Source: Candidatus Nanopelagicales bacterium
Lineage (GTDB): Bacteria > Actinomycetota > Actinomycetes > S36-B12 > JBBRLC01
Reading direction: 5' to 3'
Assembly (NCBI GenBank): GCA_038244765.1
Contig: JBBRTC010000001.1
Location: forward strand, 629-64,628
DNA length: 64,000 bases
Shown here: in pieces, positions 50,134 through 60,913 of the stretch
Numbering within the stretch: the stretch's first letter is position 1
Layout: every line of letters starts with the position of its first letter
The notes under the pieces: model-generated
What the model saw: the letters and a program-made list of their open reading frames with translations, nothing else
Told to the model about the DNA's origin: nothing
The model's database searches: none
Translations under genes and position numbers: made by a program

Positions 50134-50868
50134 TCACACGTCCGCATTGCCGAACCGCCTCCGAGTGGCCGCGATCGTGCAAGCTCGGACATCGGTCAAC
50201 CCGACCGCCCTCAAGACGCGCGCTGCCTCGGTCAGGGTCGCCCCCGTCGTCACGACGTCGTCAACGATCACTATCGGCCGCGGCAGTGACGTCACCGGGT
50301 CGAAGAGGGCTTCCAACCCGCCGGACACCAGCGTCATCGACCCGGTGATGTTGGTAAACCGCGAGATCGCCGACAGCCCCGACTGATCAGCGACCCGCGT
50401 GTTCATCGCCAGCGGGGTGGCTAGATCAACTAGCAAACCACGTCTATCCAATTCACGAAGGGCATGTGTTGCGAGACCCTGCATGGTGTCGTTTCCTCGG
50501 GTTTGCACGGACTTTGGATTAGAAGGCGCGGGAATCACGATCCATCGCTGCTTAGCCGAGCTGGCAGAGACCGCATGTTGAATCGAATCGGCGAGGGCTC
50601 GCCCCAGTGGCAATGCCAAGGGGCGTTGCCCGCGATCTTTGTACGCACTGATCGCGCGTTTTAACGGGCCGGCGTACTCCCCAACGGACCAACACGCCGG
50701 GAAGGCGGTCGGTCGTGGCGTGGGGGCCACGGAGCGAGGTGAACGTTCCAGGGATCGTGCACAGCGACCACACCAGAGCACGCCAAACTCCCCGCACCCG
50801 ACACAGTCGCGGGCGGCCACAAGGTCTACCGCTACTCCCCACCACGTGCGGGCATCACGCGGTTTCAC
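50134..50868 (-). CDS. comF: ComF family protein (phosphoribosyltransferase-like)
   Basis: N-terminal Cys cluster CVGCGE...CGRC and a PRTase motif IVIVDDVVTTGATL. Confidence 0.8.
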   Translation of the reverse strand: MKPRDARTWWGVAVDLVAARDCVGCGEFGVLWCGRCARSLERSPRSVAPTPRPTAFPACWSVGEYAGPLKRAISAYKDRGQRPLALPLGRALADSIQHAVSASSAKQRWIVIPAPSNPKSVQTRGNDTMQGLATHALRELDRRGLLVDLATPLAMNTRVADQSGLSAISRFTNITGSMTLVSGGLEALFDPVTSLPRPIVIVDDVVTTGATLTEAARVLRAVGLTDVRACTIAATRRRFGNADV

Positions 50869-51041
50869 GGCATCAGGATTGGGGTCCCGTCGATCGGTTC
50901 AGGCTCATCGCGACAGATCCGTGGACGGCAACCCGGCCCCGGGTGGTGTGGACAACAACGCGCCGACGGCGGCGTAGCCGGGCAGTTCCGCGCCGCTGTT
51001 TCCGAACTGGTGGCCGCGCCGGAACTAGTAGCAGCGCCCAA

Positions 51042-52829
51042 CTAGTAGCTGGGGTCGTTGCCGCGTGACCGCGCTACCCAACTGCCAGCGACTTGCGCCC
51101 ACAGTTGACCTTCGCCAACTCGGCCAGCCACACCCCCGCTTGCCACACCAATCACCAGGGGACGCCCAGGTGCCGCAGCAATCGACACGGCCCCTGCAGG
51201 CGGCGATGCGATTCGGCGACTCGACGGTCCAAAGTCGACAAGTGACAGCGAGGGCGCGGCCGCTCCAAACGTGCCGAGCACAGCCAACTCCGTCGTCGAG
51301 GTCCAGGCTGCGTCGAGGACGTCGGTGAGCGTCGATTCAACTCGTCGTGGATCAGCGACTCGGACGTCATCTCCACGTCTCTCGACGCGTGCCACCAGGA
51401 GCAATGTGTGTCCGTCACGCTGAACTCGAAGGGCGGCGCGCATTCCGTCCGACGAGATCGCGACCGAGATGATGTTGGCGGCACTGAGAGTGCCAAGGCC
51501 CTGACGCGAATTGATCGACGCTAACGGAACATCAAGGACAGGCCCGCTGGCACGAGCCAGGCGAACCCCTCGACCTCGATCCACGGTCCAGAGGCCACCA
51601 AACCGATCCCAACTCGGCGCCGACAATTGCACGCCACTGACCCGTCGCGTCAGCAACTGGCCGAGTCCGACTTTCCCGCTCCACAACGTGGTGGCGTTTC
51701 GATCGAGGACGGCGACTAGCCGGCTGTCGGCGCTGACGGCCGGATTCGACCAGCTGGAGCCGACCTTGCCCGCTGCACCTGCCACGGCGACGGGAGGCGT
51801 ACGAGGTCCGCTCGCTTGGCCCGCGAGCCCAAGGTCCAGTCGGTTCACCGCGCCGCGGATCGAGGCGTACAACGGTGAGTTGGACGCATTGTTTGCGTCG
51901 TCGGAGTACGTCGACCACGCGGACGTCGGTTGCACCGCGCCGACACCGGAGACCGCAAATGGCTGTCCCCCGACCGTAATCCGCACACCGGTAATCTCCG
52001 GCAGCGATCGCAGGCTCCAAATTAGCTGCGCTGACAGGGCCTGACGAGTCTTGTCATCGGCGTTCAAGACTTCGGGGGTCAATTCGATCTGGGCGATTCC
52101 CGATTCCACTGGGACCGAATCGATTGCCAGCGCAGTGCCCTCAGGAAATGCGGTCTTCACCGACGGCGCCAACCACGCCGTGGGGCCAGCGAGCAACGAA
52201 CGGACGACTGTGGTGGCCAATCCGGCACCCACCACCGGCACCGTGATCGGATTTGGAACGAGAGTGGCAAAGGTCGGATCGAAGAAGTACGTCGGTAGCG
52301 TTCGGAATCCTCGTGCCACATCGCCGCTGGACAGAATCAACCCATCGGGACAGCCATCGATGCGCCACTCGCCGGCAACCTTGATCAGCGAGTAGGTACC
52401 GCGCAGGACTTGGGTCGGGGCCGCCAGCGAGAAATCCCCACGATTGTCGATCTGCCCCGCCAAACCGCCTGACAGATCAACGACTTGGGTCAACTTGTCA
52501 TCGAAACTCAGACCCGAATCGTCGTAAACCTGGACCCCGACATCGGGTGCCCACGTCGTCGCACGCGGCGTCGTGAGGTACTGGCGGGCGATGGTGAGAC
52601 CTTCGACGCCTCCAGCACTGGCTTCGAGAAAGCCGCGGACAAGTTCGACCGGCGTCATACCGGCCCGAGGTGGCCGAGCGATAACACGAATGAACTGATC
52701 ATCGCGACCGGAATCCAGCACGGCACCTTGCTGAATTGGGCCCGATGTGGGAATCGATGCGCAGCCGCTCACGATTAAGGCGCACAGCGCACACAACGCC
52801 GTACCAACATTTCTACGCACGCGGCTCAC
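51042..52829 (-). CDS. lpqB: LpqB family beta-propeller lipoprotein
   Basis: Lipobox LIVSGCAS. Sits downstream of and overlaps mtrB. GTG start at 52829 or 52820. Confidence 0.85.
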   Translation of the reverse strand: MSRVRRNVGTALCALCALIVSGCASIPTSGPIQQGAVLDSGRDDQFIRVIARPPRAGMTPVELVRGFLEASAGGVEGLTIARQYLTTPRATTWAPDVGVQVYDDSGLSFDDKLTQVVDLSGGLAGQIDNRGDFSLAAPTQVLRGTYSLIKVAGEWRIDGCPDGLILSSGDVARGFRTLPTYFFDPTFATLVPNPITVPVVGAGLATTVVRSLLAGPTAWLAPSVKTAFPEGTALAIDSVPVESGIAQIELTPEVLNADDKTRQALSAQLIWSLRSLPEITGVRITVGGQPFAVSGVGAVQPTSAWSTYSDDANNASNSPLYASIRGAVNRLDLGLAGQASGPRTPPVAVAGAAGKVGSSWSNPAVSADSRLVAVLDRNATTLWSGKVGLGQLLTRRVSGVQLSAPSWDRFGGLWTVDRGRGVRLARASGPVLDVPLASINSRQGLGTLSAANIISVAISSDGMRAALRVQRDGHTLLLVARVERRGDDVRVADPRRVESTLTDVLDAAWTSTTELAVLGTFGAAAPSLSLVDFGPSSRRIASPPAGAVSIAAAPGRPLVIGVASGGVAGRVGEGQLWAQVAGSWVARSRGNDPSY

Positions 52830-54504
52830 CCACCGGTAGCGCTTTGGTCTCCTCCGCGACAAACTGCGGACGCGATGACTGACCCTTCGGCAACGGCACT
52901 CGCGTCGATGCATCGAGCGGTTCGAGTGGCAACGGCGACGAGGTGAGTTCAGTACCCGCAACACGCGGCAACGTCAGTCGGAACTGCGAGCCACCGCCGG
53001 CGACGCCCCACGCTTCCAGCCAACCCCCGTGCAGGTGGGCGTCTTCCAATGAAATCGCCAAGCCCAAGCCGGTCCCACCAATGGTCCGAGCGCGGGCAGG
53101 ATCAGCACGCCAGAAACGGTTGAACACCAGCGACGTGTCCCCTGGGCGCAATCCCACTCCGCGGTCTCGCACCGTGACGGCGATAGACGAGTCGTCCATT
53201 CCCAGCGCGATCGTCACCGGACGTCCTTGACCGTGCTCAATGGCATTGATCAGGAGATTGCGAATGATGCGCTCGACTCTTCGGGTATCAACTTCGGCGA
53301 CACACGCGAAGTCGGGTTCGTCGAAGACGCATGTCGTGGATCGCTTGTCCACCAGAGGTTGCGACGCCTCTAACGATCGGTGAATGGACAACCGTACGTC
53401 GATGGGCTCGACATCCAAGACAACAGCGCCGGCGTCAAAGCGACTGATCTCCAATAGGTCGGTGAGCAACGATTCAAAGCGGTCCAACTGATTTTGCAAC
53501 AACTCGGCCGACCGCGCCGTAGCGGCATCGAACGACTCTCGATCCTCGTACAACAAATCGGCGGCCATCCGAATTGTGGTCAGCGGTGTTCGGAGTTCAT
53601 GCGAGACATCGGAGACGAATCGCTGCTGGACTCGCGACAGTGACTCGAGCCTGCGGATTTGCTCCTGCAGTCCCGCCGCCATTCCATTGAACGAACGGGC
53701 CAACCGAGCCAAGTCGTCGTCCCCGCGCACGGCCATTCGCTCCTGCAAGTGACCCGACGAAAGTCGGTCGGCCGTTCGGGCGGCCTGGCGTACCGGGGTA
53801 ACAACCTGCCGTGTCACCAGCCAGGCCAAGGCGACCAAGCCAATGATCAACAACAATGCGATCACAGCGAGAACACGGCGAACGAGATCGAGGGTCCCTT
53901 GCTCCTGGGTCAACGGGAAGAGTTGGTACAACTCGTACAGACCGACACCGGGCACAGACAGCGTTGATCCCACGACGAGTCCCGGCACGACGCGTCCGTC
54001 GAGATAGCGCAACTCGGTGTACGTCCATGCGATGCGTCGATCGGCCAGCACTCGCTCGCGCAAATCGGTCGGCACACTGGACTCCGATACCAAGTTGGTG
54101 CCGCGCTCGGGCGCCGCGGCCCCAGTTCGGCTCCCACCGGAGAGCAGCAGAACTTCGTAGAGACCGGGATTTCCGGCACGAGCAGCCAGACTGGACGCAA
54201 CCGCGTCCACCAGCTGAGTCGCTGACCGCGTCGACGCGCCGGTGTCGGACGCGTCCAGAATGCGCTGGGATTCGGCATGCCCTGCATCGGCCTCGGCTAC
54301 TGACGTGCGTTCTTTCGCGTCCACAACACCAGCGCTCACGCGGGCTAGCAACAGTGCGCCGAGCAGACCCACCACAAGCACGGAGAAAAGAAACGTCGTC
54401 GAGATGACGCGCATCTGCAGCGATTGACGCCAGGCCGCGCGCACCCGGCGTACGGCCGCGACGATGCCCGGATCAACTGGGGGCGGCGCCGCGGCCTTGC
54501 TCAC
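52813..54504 (-). CDS. mtrB: sensor histidine kinase MtrB
   Basis: HAMP plus the H-box FVSDVSHELRTPLT plus the ATPase domain (GTGLGLAI). 4-nt overlap with mtrA. Confidence 0.9.
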   Translation of the reverse strand: MSKAAAPPPVDPGIVAAVRRVRAAWRQSLQMRVISTTFLFSVLVVGLLGALLLARVSAGVVDAKERTSVAEADAGHAESQRILDASDTGASTRSATQLVDAVASSLAARAGNPGLYEVLLLSGGSRTGAAAPERGTNLVSESSVPTDLRERVLADRRIAWTYTELRYLDGRVVPGLVVGSTLSVPGVGLYELYQLFPLTQEQGTLDLVRRVLAVIALLLIIGLVALAWLVTRQVVTPVRQAARTADRLSSGHLQERMAVRGDDDLARLARSFNGMAAGLQEQIRRLESLSRVQQRFVSDVSHELRTPLTTIRMAADLLYEDRESFDAATARSAELLQNQLDRFESLLTDLLEISRFDAGAVVLDVEPIDVRLSIHRSLEASQPLVDKRSTTCVFDEPDFACVAEVDTRRVERIIRNLLINAIEHGQGRPVTIALGMDDSSIAVTVRDRGVGLRPGDTSLVFNRFWRADPARARTIGGTGLGLAISLEDAHLHGGWLEAWGVAGGGSQFRLTLPRVAGTELTSSPLPLEPLDASTRVPLPKGQSSRPQFVAEETKALPVGEPRA

Positions 54505-55187
54505 GGAGGTCCCGCTTTGTAGCCCACGCCTCGGACCGTTATCACGATCACCGGATTCTCCGGATCAATTTCAATCTTCGAACGCAAACGTTGAACATGG
54601 ACATTGACCAGGCGGGTATCCGCAGCATGTCGATATCCCCAGACATCGGAGAGAAGGACATCGCGGGTAAAGACCTGCCACGGTTTGCGTGCAAGTGCCA
54701 CAAGCAGGTCAAACTCGAGAGGAGTTAGTGAGATCAGACTCTCCTCGCGCTTCACGGTGTGCCCAGCCACGTCGATCGTCAGATCTCCGATGGCGAGATG
54801 TTGCGGACCAGGTTCTTCGTTGTGTCGCAGCCGCGCACGCACACGAGCGACAAGCTCTTTAGCTTTGAATGGCTTGACCACGTAGTCATCTGCACCGCTC
54901 TCGAGTCCGACCACAACGTCGATCGTGTCGTTCTTCGCCGTGAGCATCACGATGGGCACTCCGCTTTCAGCCCGAATTGCCCGACACACGTCGATTCCAT
55001 CGCGGCCCGGCAACATCAGATCGAGCAACACCAAATCGGGACGGGACTCGCGGAAGACGGCCAATGCCCGGGAGCCGTCCGCGCAATGGACGGCTTCGAA
55101 ACCTTCCGCGCGCAGCACGATGCCCAACATCTCCGCCAGAGCGACGTCATCGTCGACGACTAGCACCCGACCCTTCACGCCGGTCAT
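54501..55187 (-). CDS. mtrA: OmpR-family response regulator MtrA
   Basis: RVLVVDDD...LVLLDLMLPG...TAK..., and a winged-helix C-terminus. 228 aa from ATG 55187. Confidence 0.95.
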   Translation of the reverse strand: MTGVKGRVLVVDDDVALAEMLGIVLRAEGFEAVHCADGSRALAVFRESRPDLVLLDLMLPGRDGIDVCRAIRAESGVPIVMLTAKNDTIDVVVGLESGADDYVVKPFKAKELVARVRARLRHNEEPGPQHLAIGDLTIDVAGHTVKREESLISLTPLEFDLLVALARKPWQVFTRDVLLSDVWGYRHAADTRLVNVHVQRLRSKIEIDPENPVIVITVRGVGYKAGPP

Positions 55188-55425
55188 CGTGCCACCTAGT
55201 CGCGTCTTCTCGCGGAACATGAGGGCATTCATCGGCACTAGGCGTGCATTCATGGGGGCCATGGCTAGTTAACGCTCCATCGTGAACGCGAGTTCCGCAC
55301 TCCCCACCGGCGTTGAGGCATCCGGGTAGAGCCATCGCGGTGTCCGGCGCGAATCTCTGGCACGATGCCGGAAAACGACCGAGTCTCCTGGTTGCTCAGC
55401 GATCCAGACGTACGGACAGGGTGGC

Positions 55426-56664
55426 GTGATGACCGACCAACCGGCTGAAACGCCTCCCGAGGCAACACCGCCGATCGGGGGTTGGTCGCCCATTCAGCCA
55501 CCGATCTGGACCGATCCCAGCGGCTACGTCCCGTCCGAACCACCCGGGCCGGTCGGCTCCTCCGCGGCTACGCCGATTCCGGCGCCGGTCCCGGCGGGAT
55601 CCAGACCCCCTCCCGGCTATGCACCGTCGGGATGGGGACCCCCTCCCAGCTATGGCCAGCAGTACGCCGCATACGCGCCAGCTCCCCCAGCACCAAAGCC
55701 GGGCATCGTTGCGTTGCGACCGCTCGGGCTCGGCGAAATTCTGGATGGCGCAGTCACGTACATCCGGGCAAATCCGCGGGCTGTTCTAGGTGTCTCAGTC
55801 GTGCTGGCGCTGGTGTCCGCGATCGTAACTTTCATCACCAACGCGTTGACCTGGGGCGCTTTCCAGGGCTCGCTCAACGACTTGAGCAGTCAACTCGACA
55901 GCCTCGATTCGGGTGGGTCCTCTGTGGACACCACCGCGCAGTTGGGGTCAAGCCTGGGGCAGTTCGCCTCGTCCGGAGTGAGTGCGCTCCTCGGCGTCGT
56001 CGCGACCGGGATGTTTACGGTGTTGATTGGTCACGCCGTCCTGGGACGACGTATTAGTGCTGGTCAGGCGTGGTCGGAGGCGCGTGGGCGACTGATTAGC
56101 CTGCTCGGTTTGTTGGTGCTAATCGTCATCGCCACGGTTGGCCTCCTGGTTGCTGGCGTCGTGGTCCTCCTCGTGTTGGCCGCTCTCCTCGGGGCACCAG
56201 GCGCGGTGATCGGGGCCATCGCGATCTTGGGCCTGATCCCGGTATGTATCTGGTTGTGGGTGTCATGGTCTTTGGCCGCACCCGCGCTGATGCTTGAGCG
56301 GGTGGGAGTCGTCGAATCGATGCGACGCTCCTTCCGTTTAGTGCGTACGGCGTGGTGGCGGATATTCGGCATTCAGATATTGGCCGCGATCATCGCCAGC
56401 GTCATCGGAGGCGTACTTACAGTTCCGTTTGCACTCATCGGTGGAATCAGTCTGTTGAACTCATCCGGTTCGACAGCGACTCCCTGGCTCTATCTCATCG
56501 GGACCGCAATCGGCACCCTGGTGGCAACGACCGTCGTCCAGCCATTTTCCGCCGGGGTGACGGCATTGCTCTATGTTGATCAACGAATCCGCCGTGAAGC
56601 CCTCGACTTGGTCTTGCTCGACGCGGCCAATAAGCAGCCTCCGACGCACGAGTCTCGGCGCTGA
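55426..56664 (+). CDS. Pro-rich N-terminus plus a multi-TM membrane protein (GP-PDE membrane-domain-like)
   Basis: About 95 aa Pro/Gly/Tyr-rich region followed by about 6 hydrophobic segments. Confidence 0.65.
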   Translation: MMTDQPAETPPEATPPIGGWSPIQPPIWTDPSGYVPSEPPGPVGSSAATPIPAPVPAGSRPPPGYAPSGWGPPPSYGQQYAAYAPAPPAPKPGIVALRPLGLGEILDGAVTYIRANPRAVLGVSVVLALVSAIVTFITNALTWGAFQGSLNDLSSQLDSLDSGGSSVDTTAQLGSSLGQFASSGVSALLGVVATGMFTVLIGHAVLGRRISAGQAWSEARGRLISLLGLLVLIVIATVGLLVAGVVVLLVLAALLGAPGAVIGAIAILGLIPVCIWLWVSWSLAAPALMLERVGVVESMRRSFRLVRTAWWRIFGIQILAAIIASVIGGVLTVPFALIGGISLLNSSGSTATPWLYLIGTAIGTLVATTVVQPFSAGVTALLYVDQRIRREALDLVLLDAANKQPPTHESRR

Positions 56665-56665
56665 C

Positions 56666-57310
56666 TTGGTCCCAATCGATCTGGGACGCGACGACGCAGC
56701 CGCTGCGGCGCGTCTCGAACTCACTAACCCCGCGTACCACCGCGATGACCAGCCTTGGTACACCCGGATCTTGAATTGGGTTACTGACCATATCCAATCG
56801 GCCCTCGATCAGTTGTCGTCAAAGGCGCCCGGAGGTTGGTTGGGGATCGCTATCGCAATCGTGATCCTGGTGGGGCTCATCGCGGTTCTGCGAATGAGGC
56901 TCGGGCCGGTGCGGCGCCGTGAAACGTTGGACCCGATGCTGTTCGGCGATACGGAGGTCCTGACGTCCACGGCGCACCGTACGGCGGGCGACGAATACGC
57001 ACGTACCGGCCGCTACCACGATGCACTTCGGGAGCGGATGCGAGCGATCGTGCGCTGCTTGGAAGAACGAGCAATATTCGAGCCGCGACAAGGGCGTACC
57101 GCTGACGAAGCCGCCAACGACGCGGCACGAGTCCTTCCCGATGTCGCGATCCCCCTTCATGAAGCTGCCCGTACGTTCGACGCAGTCTGGTACGGACGCC
57201 ATCGCGCCGACGCGTCTACTTACACTCGCATGGTCGATCTTGACGCAACGATCACCGAGGCCGCGACTCAGCGCCCGCGAGCCACCACGAGGTCTGTGAG
57301 CCCCCGGTGA
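56666..57310 (+). CDS. DUF4129 domain protein
   Basis: One TM followed by RYHDALRERMRAIVRCLEERAI...GRTADEAA...FDAVWYG. Start is uncertain (TTG 56666). Confidence 0.65.
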   Translation: MVPIDLGRDDAAAAARLELTNPAYHRDDQPWYTRILNWVTDHIQSALDQLSSKAPGGWLGIAIAIVILVGLIAVLRMRLGPVRRRETLDPMLFGDTEVLTSTAHRTAGDEYARTGRYHDALRERMRAIVRCLEERAIFEPRQGRTADEAANDAARVLPDVAIPLHEAARTFDAVWYGRHRADASTYTRMVDLDATITEAATQRPRATTRSVSPR

Positions 57311-58539
57311 GCAGCATCAGCGGTCCGTCGAGTGAGAGGGCACGTGAAGCGACAAGCACGGTGCTTGAACCCACATTTGGGACTCGGGTTCGAGGCAACC
57401 GTGGGTTGCTACTCGCCCTGGCCGCCATCGTCGTGCTCGCGATCCTGTCCGCCTGGGCTGCCTCGGCGACTCGACGTGGCTATCTCGACCCGGACGCGAC
57501 AGATCCCACCGGGGCCCGTGCGCTGCGAAACGTGGTCACAGACCAGGGCCTCAGCGTGCACAAAGTCGCGACCGTTCGCGAGGCTAACGACGCGTTGCGC
57601 CGATTCCACGACGCGACCCTGCTCGTCGTGGCTGCCGGGCTTCGATCAGACCCCGACGCGAATCGGCGATTGGGTCAACTCTTGGCCTCCGCGCCACGGG
57701 CCACCACCGTGCTCATCGCCCCTGACGTCGAACTATTGAAGGAACTCGCGCCGGGCGTCGAGCTCGCGGGCGGGGGTCCCCCTGACGTCACCGAACCGCA
57801 GTGCTCCTGGTCGGTCGCAGGCCGGGCCGGCAACGCACTCACCGGGGGAACTACCTACGTTGACTCCACTCGATCACTCGCCGCCGAGTCGTACGCCTGC
57901 TATCCACTCGCCGGAGCTGGCTCCGTGCTCGTCCGCGGTCGCGCCAGCGGTGAAAGCGGCATCACTATTTTCGGATCGGGCGACGCCTTCACCAATGACC
58001 ACCTGGGCGAGAACGGCAATGCGGCACTGACGATAGGCGCGATCGGTCAGCGCCATGACGTGGTGTGGTTCATCGCCTCGCGCACTGACCCGGATCTCCT
58101 TCCCGCCGTCGAGGCTTCCGTCAGTGACCTGACCCCCAAATGGGTGGGCCTGGCACTAGCTCAAGTCATGCTGATGGTGCTCGCCCTCGCGTGGTGGCGC
58201 GGACGTGGACTTGGACCCGTTGTTACTGAGCCCCTTCCGGTTGTAGTCCGGGCTGCTGAGGCAACAGAGGGTCGGGCGCGGCTCTACCGAAAAATCGCGG
58301 CACGCGGACACGCCGCTCAGGCTCTGCGAATATCCACTATGTCGTTGCTGCGGGCGGACTTGCATCTGCCGGCAGCGGCCGACATGTACGTCATTGCCCA
58401 CGCAATCGAAACCCGCGGTAGTCGCGACACACTGAGCGTCATTCGACTGCTCACCCATTCTGAACCCAGAACTGACGACGAACTTGTCAAACTCGCCGAT
58501 GAGTTAGACAAGCTCGAACGGGAGGTACGCCGATCGTGA
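57307..58539 (+). CDS. DUF4350 domain protein
   Basis: N-terminal TM plus a GATase1-like DUF4350 pattern and a late TM. GTGA overlaps at both ends. Confidence 0.65.
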   Translation: MSSISGPSSERAREATSTVLEPTFGTRVRGNRGLLLALAAIVVLAILSAWAASATRRGYLDPDATDPTGARALRNVVTDQGLSVHKVATVREANDALRRFHDATLLVVAAGLRSDPDANRRLGQLLASAPRATTVLIAPDVELLKELAPGVELAGGGPPDVTEPQCSWSVAGRAGNALTGGTTYVDSTRSLAAESYACYPLAGAGSVLVRGRASGESGITIFGSGDAFTNDHLGENGNAALTIGAIGQRHDVVWFIASRTDPDLLPAVEASVSDLTPKWVGLALAQVMLMVLALAWWRGRGLGPVVTEPLPVVVRAAEATEGRARLYRKIAARGHAAQALRISTMSLLRADLHLPAAADMYVIAHAIETRGSRDTLSVIRLLTHSEPRTDDELVKLADELDKLEREVRRS

Positions 58540-59537
58540 CCAACTCACCCGCCGCTCCTGCGGCCACGAGTTACTCGACAAGCGCAGTCACAAATCCACG
58601 CGCGGCTCTCCTCGCGATACGTGCCGAAGTCGCCAAGGCCGTCGTTGGCCAAGATGCTGCCGTCACCGGACTAGTCATCGGCTTGCTCTGCCGCGGCCAC
58701 GTGTTAGTTGAAGGCGTCCCCGGGACGGCCAAGACTCTGCTCGTACGCGCCCTCGCAGCGTCATTGAGCCTCGACACCAAGCGAATCCAATTCACGCCCG
58801 ACCTGATGCCCGGAGATGTGACGGGTTCGTCGGTCTGGGATCCACGTAGCGCGGAGTTTGTCTTCAAGCCGGGTCCCGTATTCACCAACATCTTGTTGGC
58901 GGACGAAATCAACCGCACACCGCCTAAAACACAAGCTGCACTGCTGGAATCTATGGAAGAACGTCAAGTTTCGATGGACGGAACCACTCGGGCGCTCCCC
59001 GATCCATTCATCGTCGCCGCAACCCAAAACCCCGTCGAGTACGAGGGCACGTACAACTTGCCTGAAGCGCAATTGGATCGCTTCCTGCTCAAACTCACGG
59101 TGCCGATTCCGAGCCGGGACGAAGAACATGCGGTCCTGACTCGGCACATGAACGGTTTCGATCCGCGTGACCTGGCGGGTGCCGGAATCCACCCTGTCGC
59201 CACGGCCTCCCATCTCGAAACTGCCCGCCAGGCGATTTCTACCGTGACTGTCGCGAGCGAAATCGCGGCGTACACCGTCGACCTCGCCCGCGCCACTCGA
59301 CAAAGTCCCTCACTTCGGCTCGGTGTGTCCCCGCGTGGCGCGGTGGCACTGCTCAATGCGGCGCGTGCGTGGTCCTGGCTAGCTGGCCGCGACTTCGTCA
59401 CTCCCGACGACGTCAAGGCCTTGGCACGACCGGCCCTTCGACACCGAATTGTGCTCCGACCCGAGGCTGAGCTTGATGGCGTGACCACGGATTCGGTCTT
59501 GGAGACAGTGTTGGCGAGCGTCGCCGTACCTCGATGA
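58536..59537 (+). CDS. MoxR-family AAA+ ATPase
   Basis: GHVLVEGVPGTAKT (Walker A), LLADEINR (Walker B), ATQNPVEYEGTYNLPEAQLDRF. Confidence 0.92.
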   Translation: MTNSPAAPAATSYSTSAVTNPRAALLAIRAEVAKAVVGQDAAVTGLVIGLLCRGHVLVEGVPGTAKTLLVRALAASLSLDTKRIQFTPDLMPGDVTGSSVWDPRSAEFVFKPGPVFTNILLADEINRTPPKTQAALLESMEERQVSMDGTTRALPDPFIVAATQNPVEYEGTYNLPEAQLDRFLLKLTVPIPSRDEEHAVLTRHMNGFDPRDLAGAGIHPVATASHLETARQAISTVTVASEIAAYTVDLARATRQSPSLRLGVSPRGAVALLNAARAWSWLAGRDFVTPDDVKALARPALRHRIVLRPEAELDGVTTDSVLETVLASVAVPR

Positions 59538-60829
59538 CTATCACCGGAAGATTCGTCGCCCTGATGGCTGGTGCGATCGCCGTAGTCGCGCTCGGCGTCC
59601 ACTCGTGGGCCGGATTCTGGTTGGTGAACACCGTTCTCGGCGCCATCGCGTTGCTCGACGTCGCTCTTGCCGGATCACCGAGAACGATGACCATGCGGCG
59701 ATCCGGTGCACCCGCCGTGCGGCTGGGCGAAAGTGCCGACGTTTTCCTCCACGTCACGAACGACGGTGGCCGCCCCATCCGTGGACTGCTTCGAGACGCC
59801 TGGCCCCCGACCGCGGGAGCGGCGATCACACGACACCGACTTGAACTGCCACCTGGGACTCAGGTCGAAATACCCACCACGTTGACCCCGGTTCGGCGAG
59901 GCGTACGCCGCCCTGACCGGGTGACTGTTCGGTCCTACGGCCCATTGGGCTTAGCGGCCCGGCAGGCAACTCACCGGGCGAACTGGGAATTGCGGACCCT
60001 GCCACGCTTCTCCTCACGCAAACACCTGCCATCGCGACTCGCTCGGTTGCGGGAGCTCGACGGCAGTACGACAACACATATCCGCGGTCAGGGCACAGAG
60101 TTCGATTCGCTGCGCGATTTCGTTCAGGGCGATGACGTGCGCTCAATCGACTGGCGAGCAACAGCTCGCGCAAGCAACGTCGTTGTTCGTACCTGGAGAC
60201 CGGAGCGAGACCGGCACGTCTTGATTGTGCTGGATACCGGGCGAAGTAGCACTGCTCGAATCGGTACCGGCACTCGACTTGACGATGCCATGGACGCATC
60301 GCTGTTGCTCGCCGTACTCGCATCGCGCGCAGGCGATCGGGTCGACCTGTTGGCTTACGACCGCGACGTTCGCGCCGACGTTCGCGGTCGGGCAGCCAAC
60401 GAACTGCTGGGGGCACTCAGTGACGCGCTCACCAACGTTGAGCCCGAACTTGCCGAAACGGACGCGCGCGGGCTGGTCTCGCAGATTCTGCGGCGCACAC
60501 CGCACCACGCCCTGATTGTGATGTTGACGTCGATCGAACCTGCGGTGATCGAAGTGGGACTGATGCCATTTATCGCTCCCCTCGTGACCCGACACACAGT
60601 CGTCGTGGCGTCCGTTGCCGATCCCCGGCTCGCCGAGATGTCTCGCGCACGAGGTGGGATCGAGGAGGTCTATGACGCTGCCTCGGCCGCAACCGCAGGG
60701 GCCGCACGCGCCCGAGTGGCAACGAGGCTCACACGGATGGGGGTCACCGTGATCGATGAATCCCCCGACCTCATCGCGCCGCGACTCGCAGACACGTACA
60801 TCGCGCTCAAAACCAGCGGCCGCCTCTAA
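59534..60829 (+). CDS. DUF58 domain protein (vWA-like partner of MoxR)
   Basis: EFDSLRDFVQGDDVRSIDWRATAR is the DUF58 signature. ATGA overlap with moxR. Confidence 0.85.
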   Translation: MTITGRFVALMAGAIAVVALGVHSWAGFWLVNTVLGAIALLDVALAGSPRTMTMRRSGAPAVRLGESADVFLHVTNDGGRPIRGLLRDAWPPTAGAAITRHRLELPPGTQVEIPTTLTPVRRGVRRPDRVTVRSYGPLGLAARQATHRANWELRTLPRFSSRKHLPSRLARLRELDGSTTTHIRGQGTEFDSLRDFVQGDDVRSIDWRATARASNVVVRTWRPERDRHVLIVLDTGRSSTARIGTGTRLDDAMDASLLLAVLASRAGDRVDLLAYDRDVRADVRGRAANELLGALSDALTNVEPELAETDARGLVSQILRRTPHHALIVMLTSIEPAVIEVGLMPFIAPLVTRHTVVVASVADPRLAEMSRARGGIEEVYDAASAATAGAARARVATRLTRMGVTVIDESPDLIAPRLADTYIALKTSGRL

Positions 60830-60844
60830 AAGCACTATCTGTTT

Positions 60845-60897
60845 TGCATGAAAGGTCTGTTCGTCAGTCTCTATTGAACGGAACTCCCTTTCATGCA
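60845..60897. repeat. intergenic palindromic element, copy 2 (11-bp arms tgcatgaaagg/cctttcatgca enclosing the 18-mer core and 14-mer flank)
   Basis: Read directly. The core cgtcagtctctattgaac (60862-60879) is the reverse complement of 30234-30251. ggaactccctttca (60880-60893) is in direct orientation to 30251-30264. Confidence 0.6.
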
Positions 60898-60913
60898 AAT
60901 CAAATCGGTGGGG

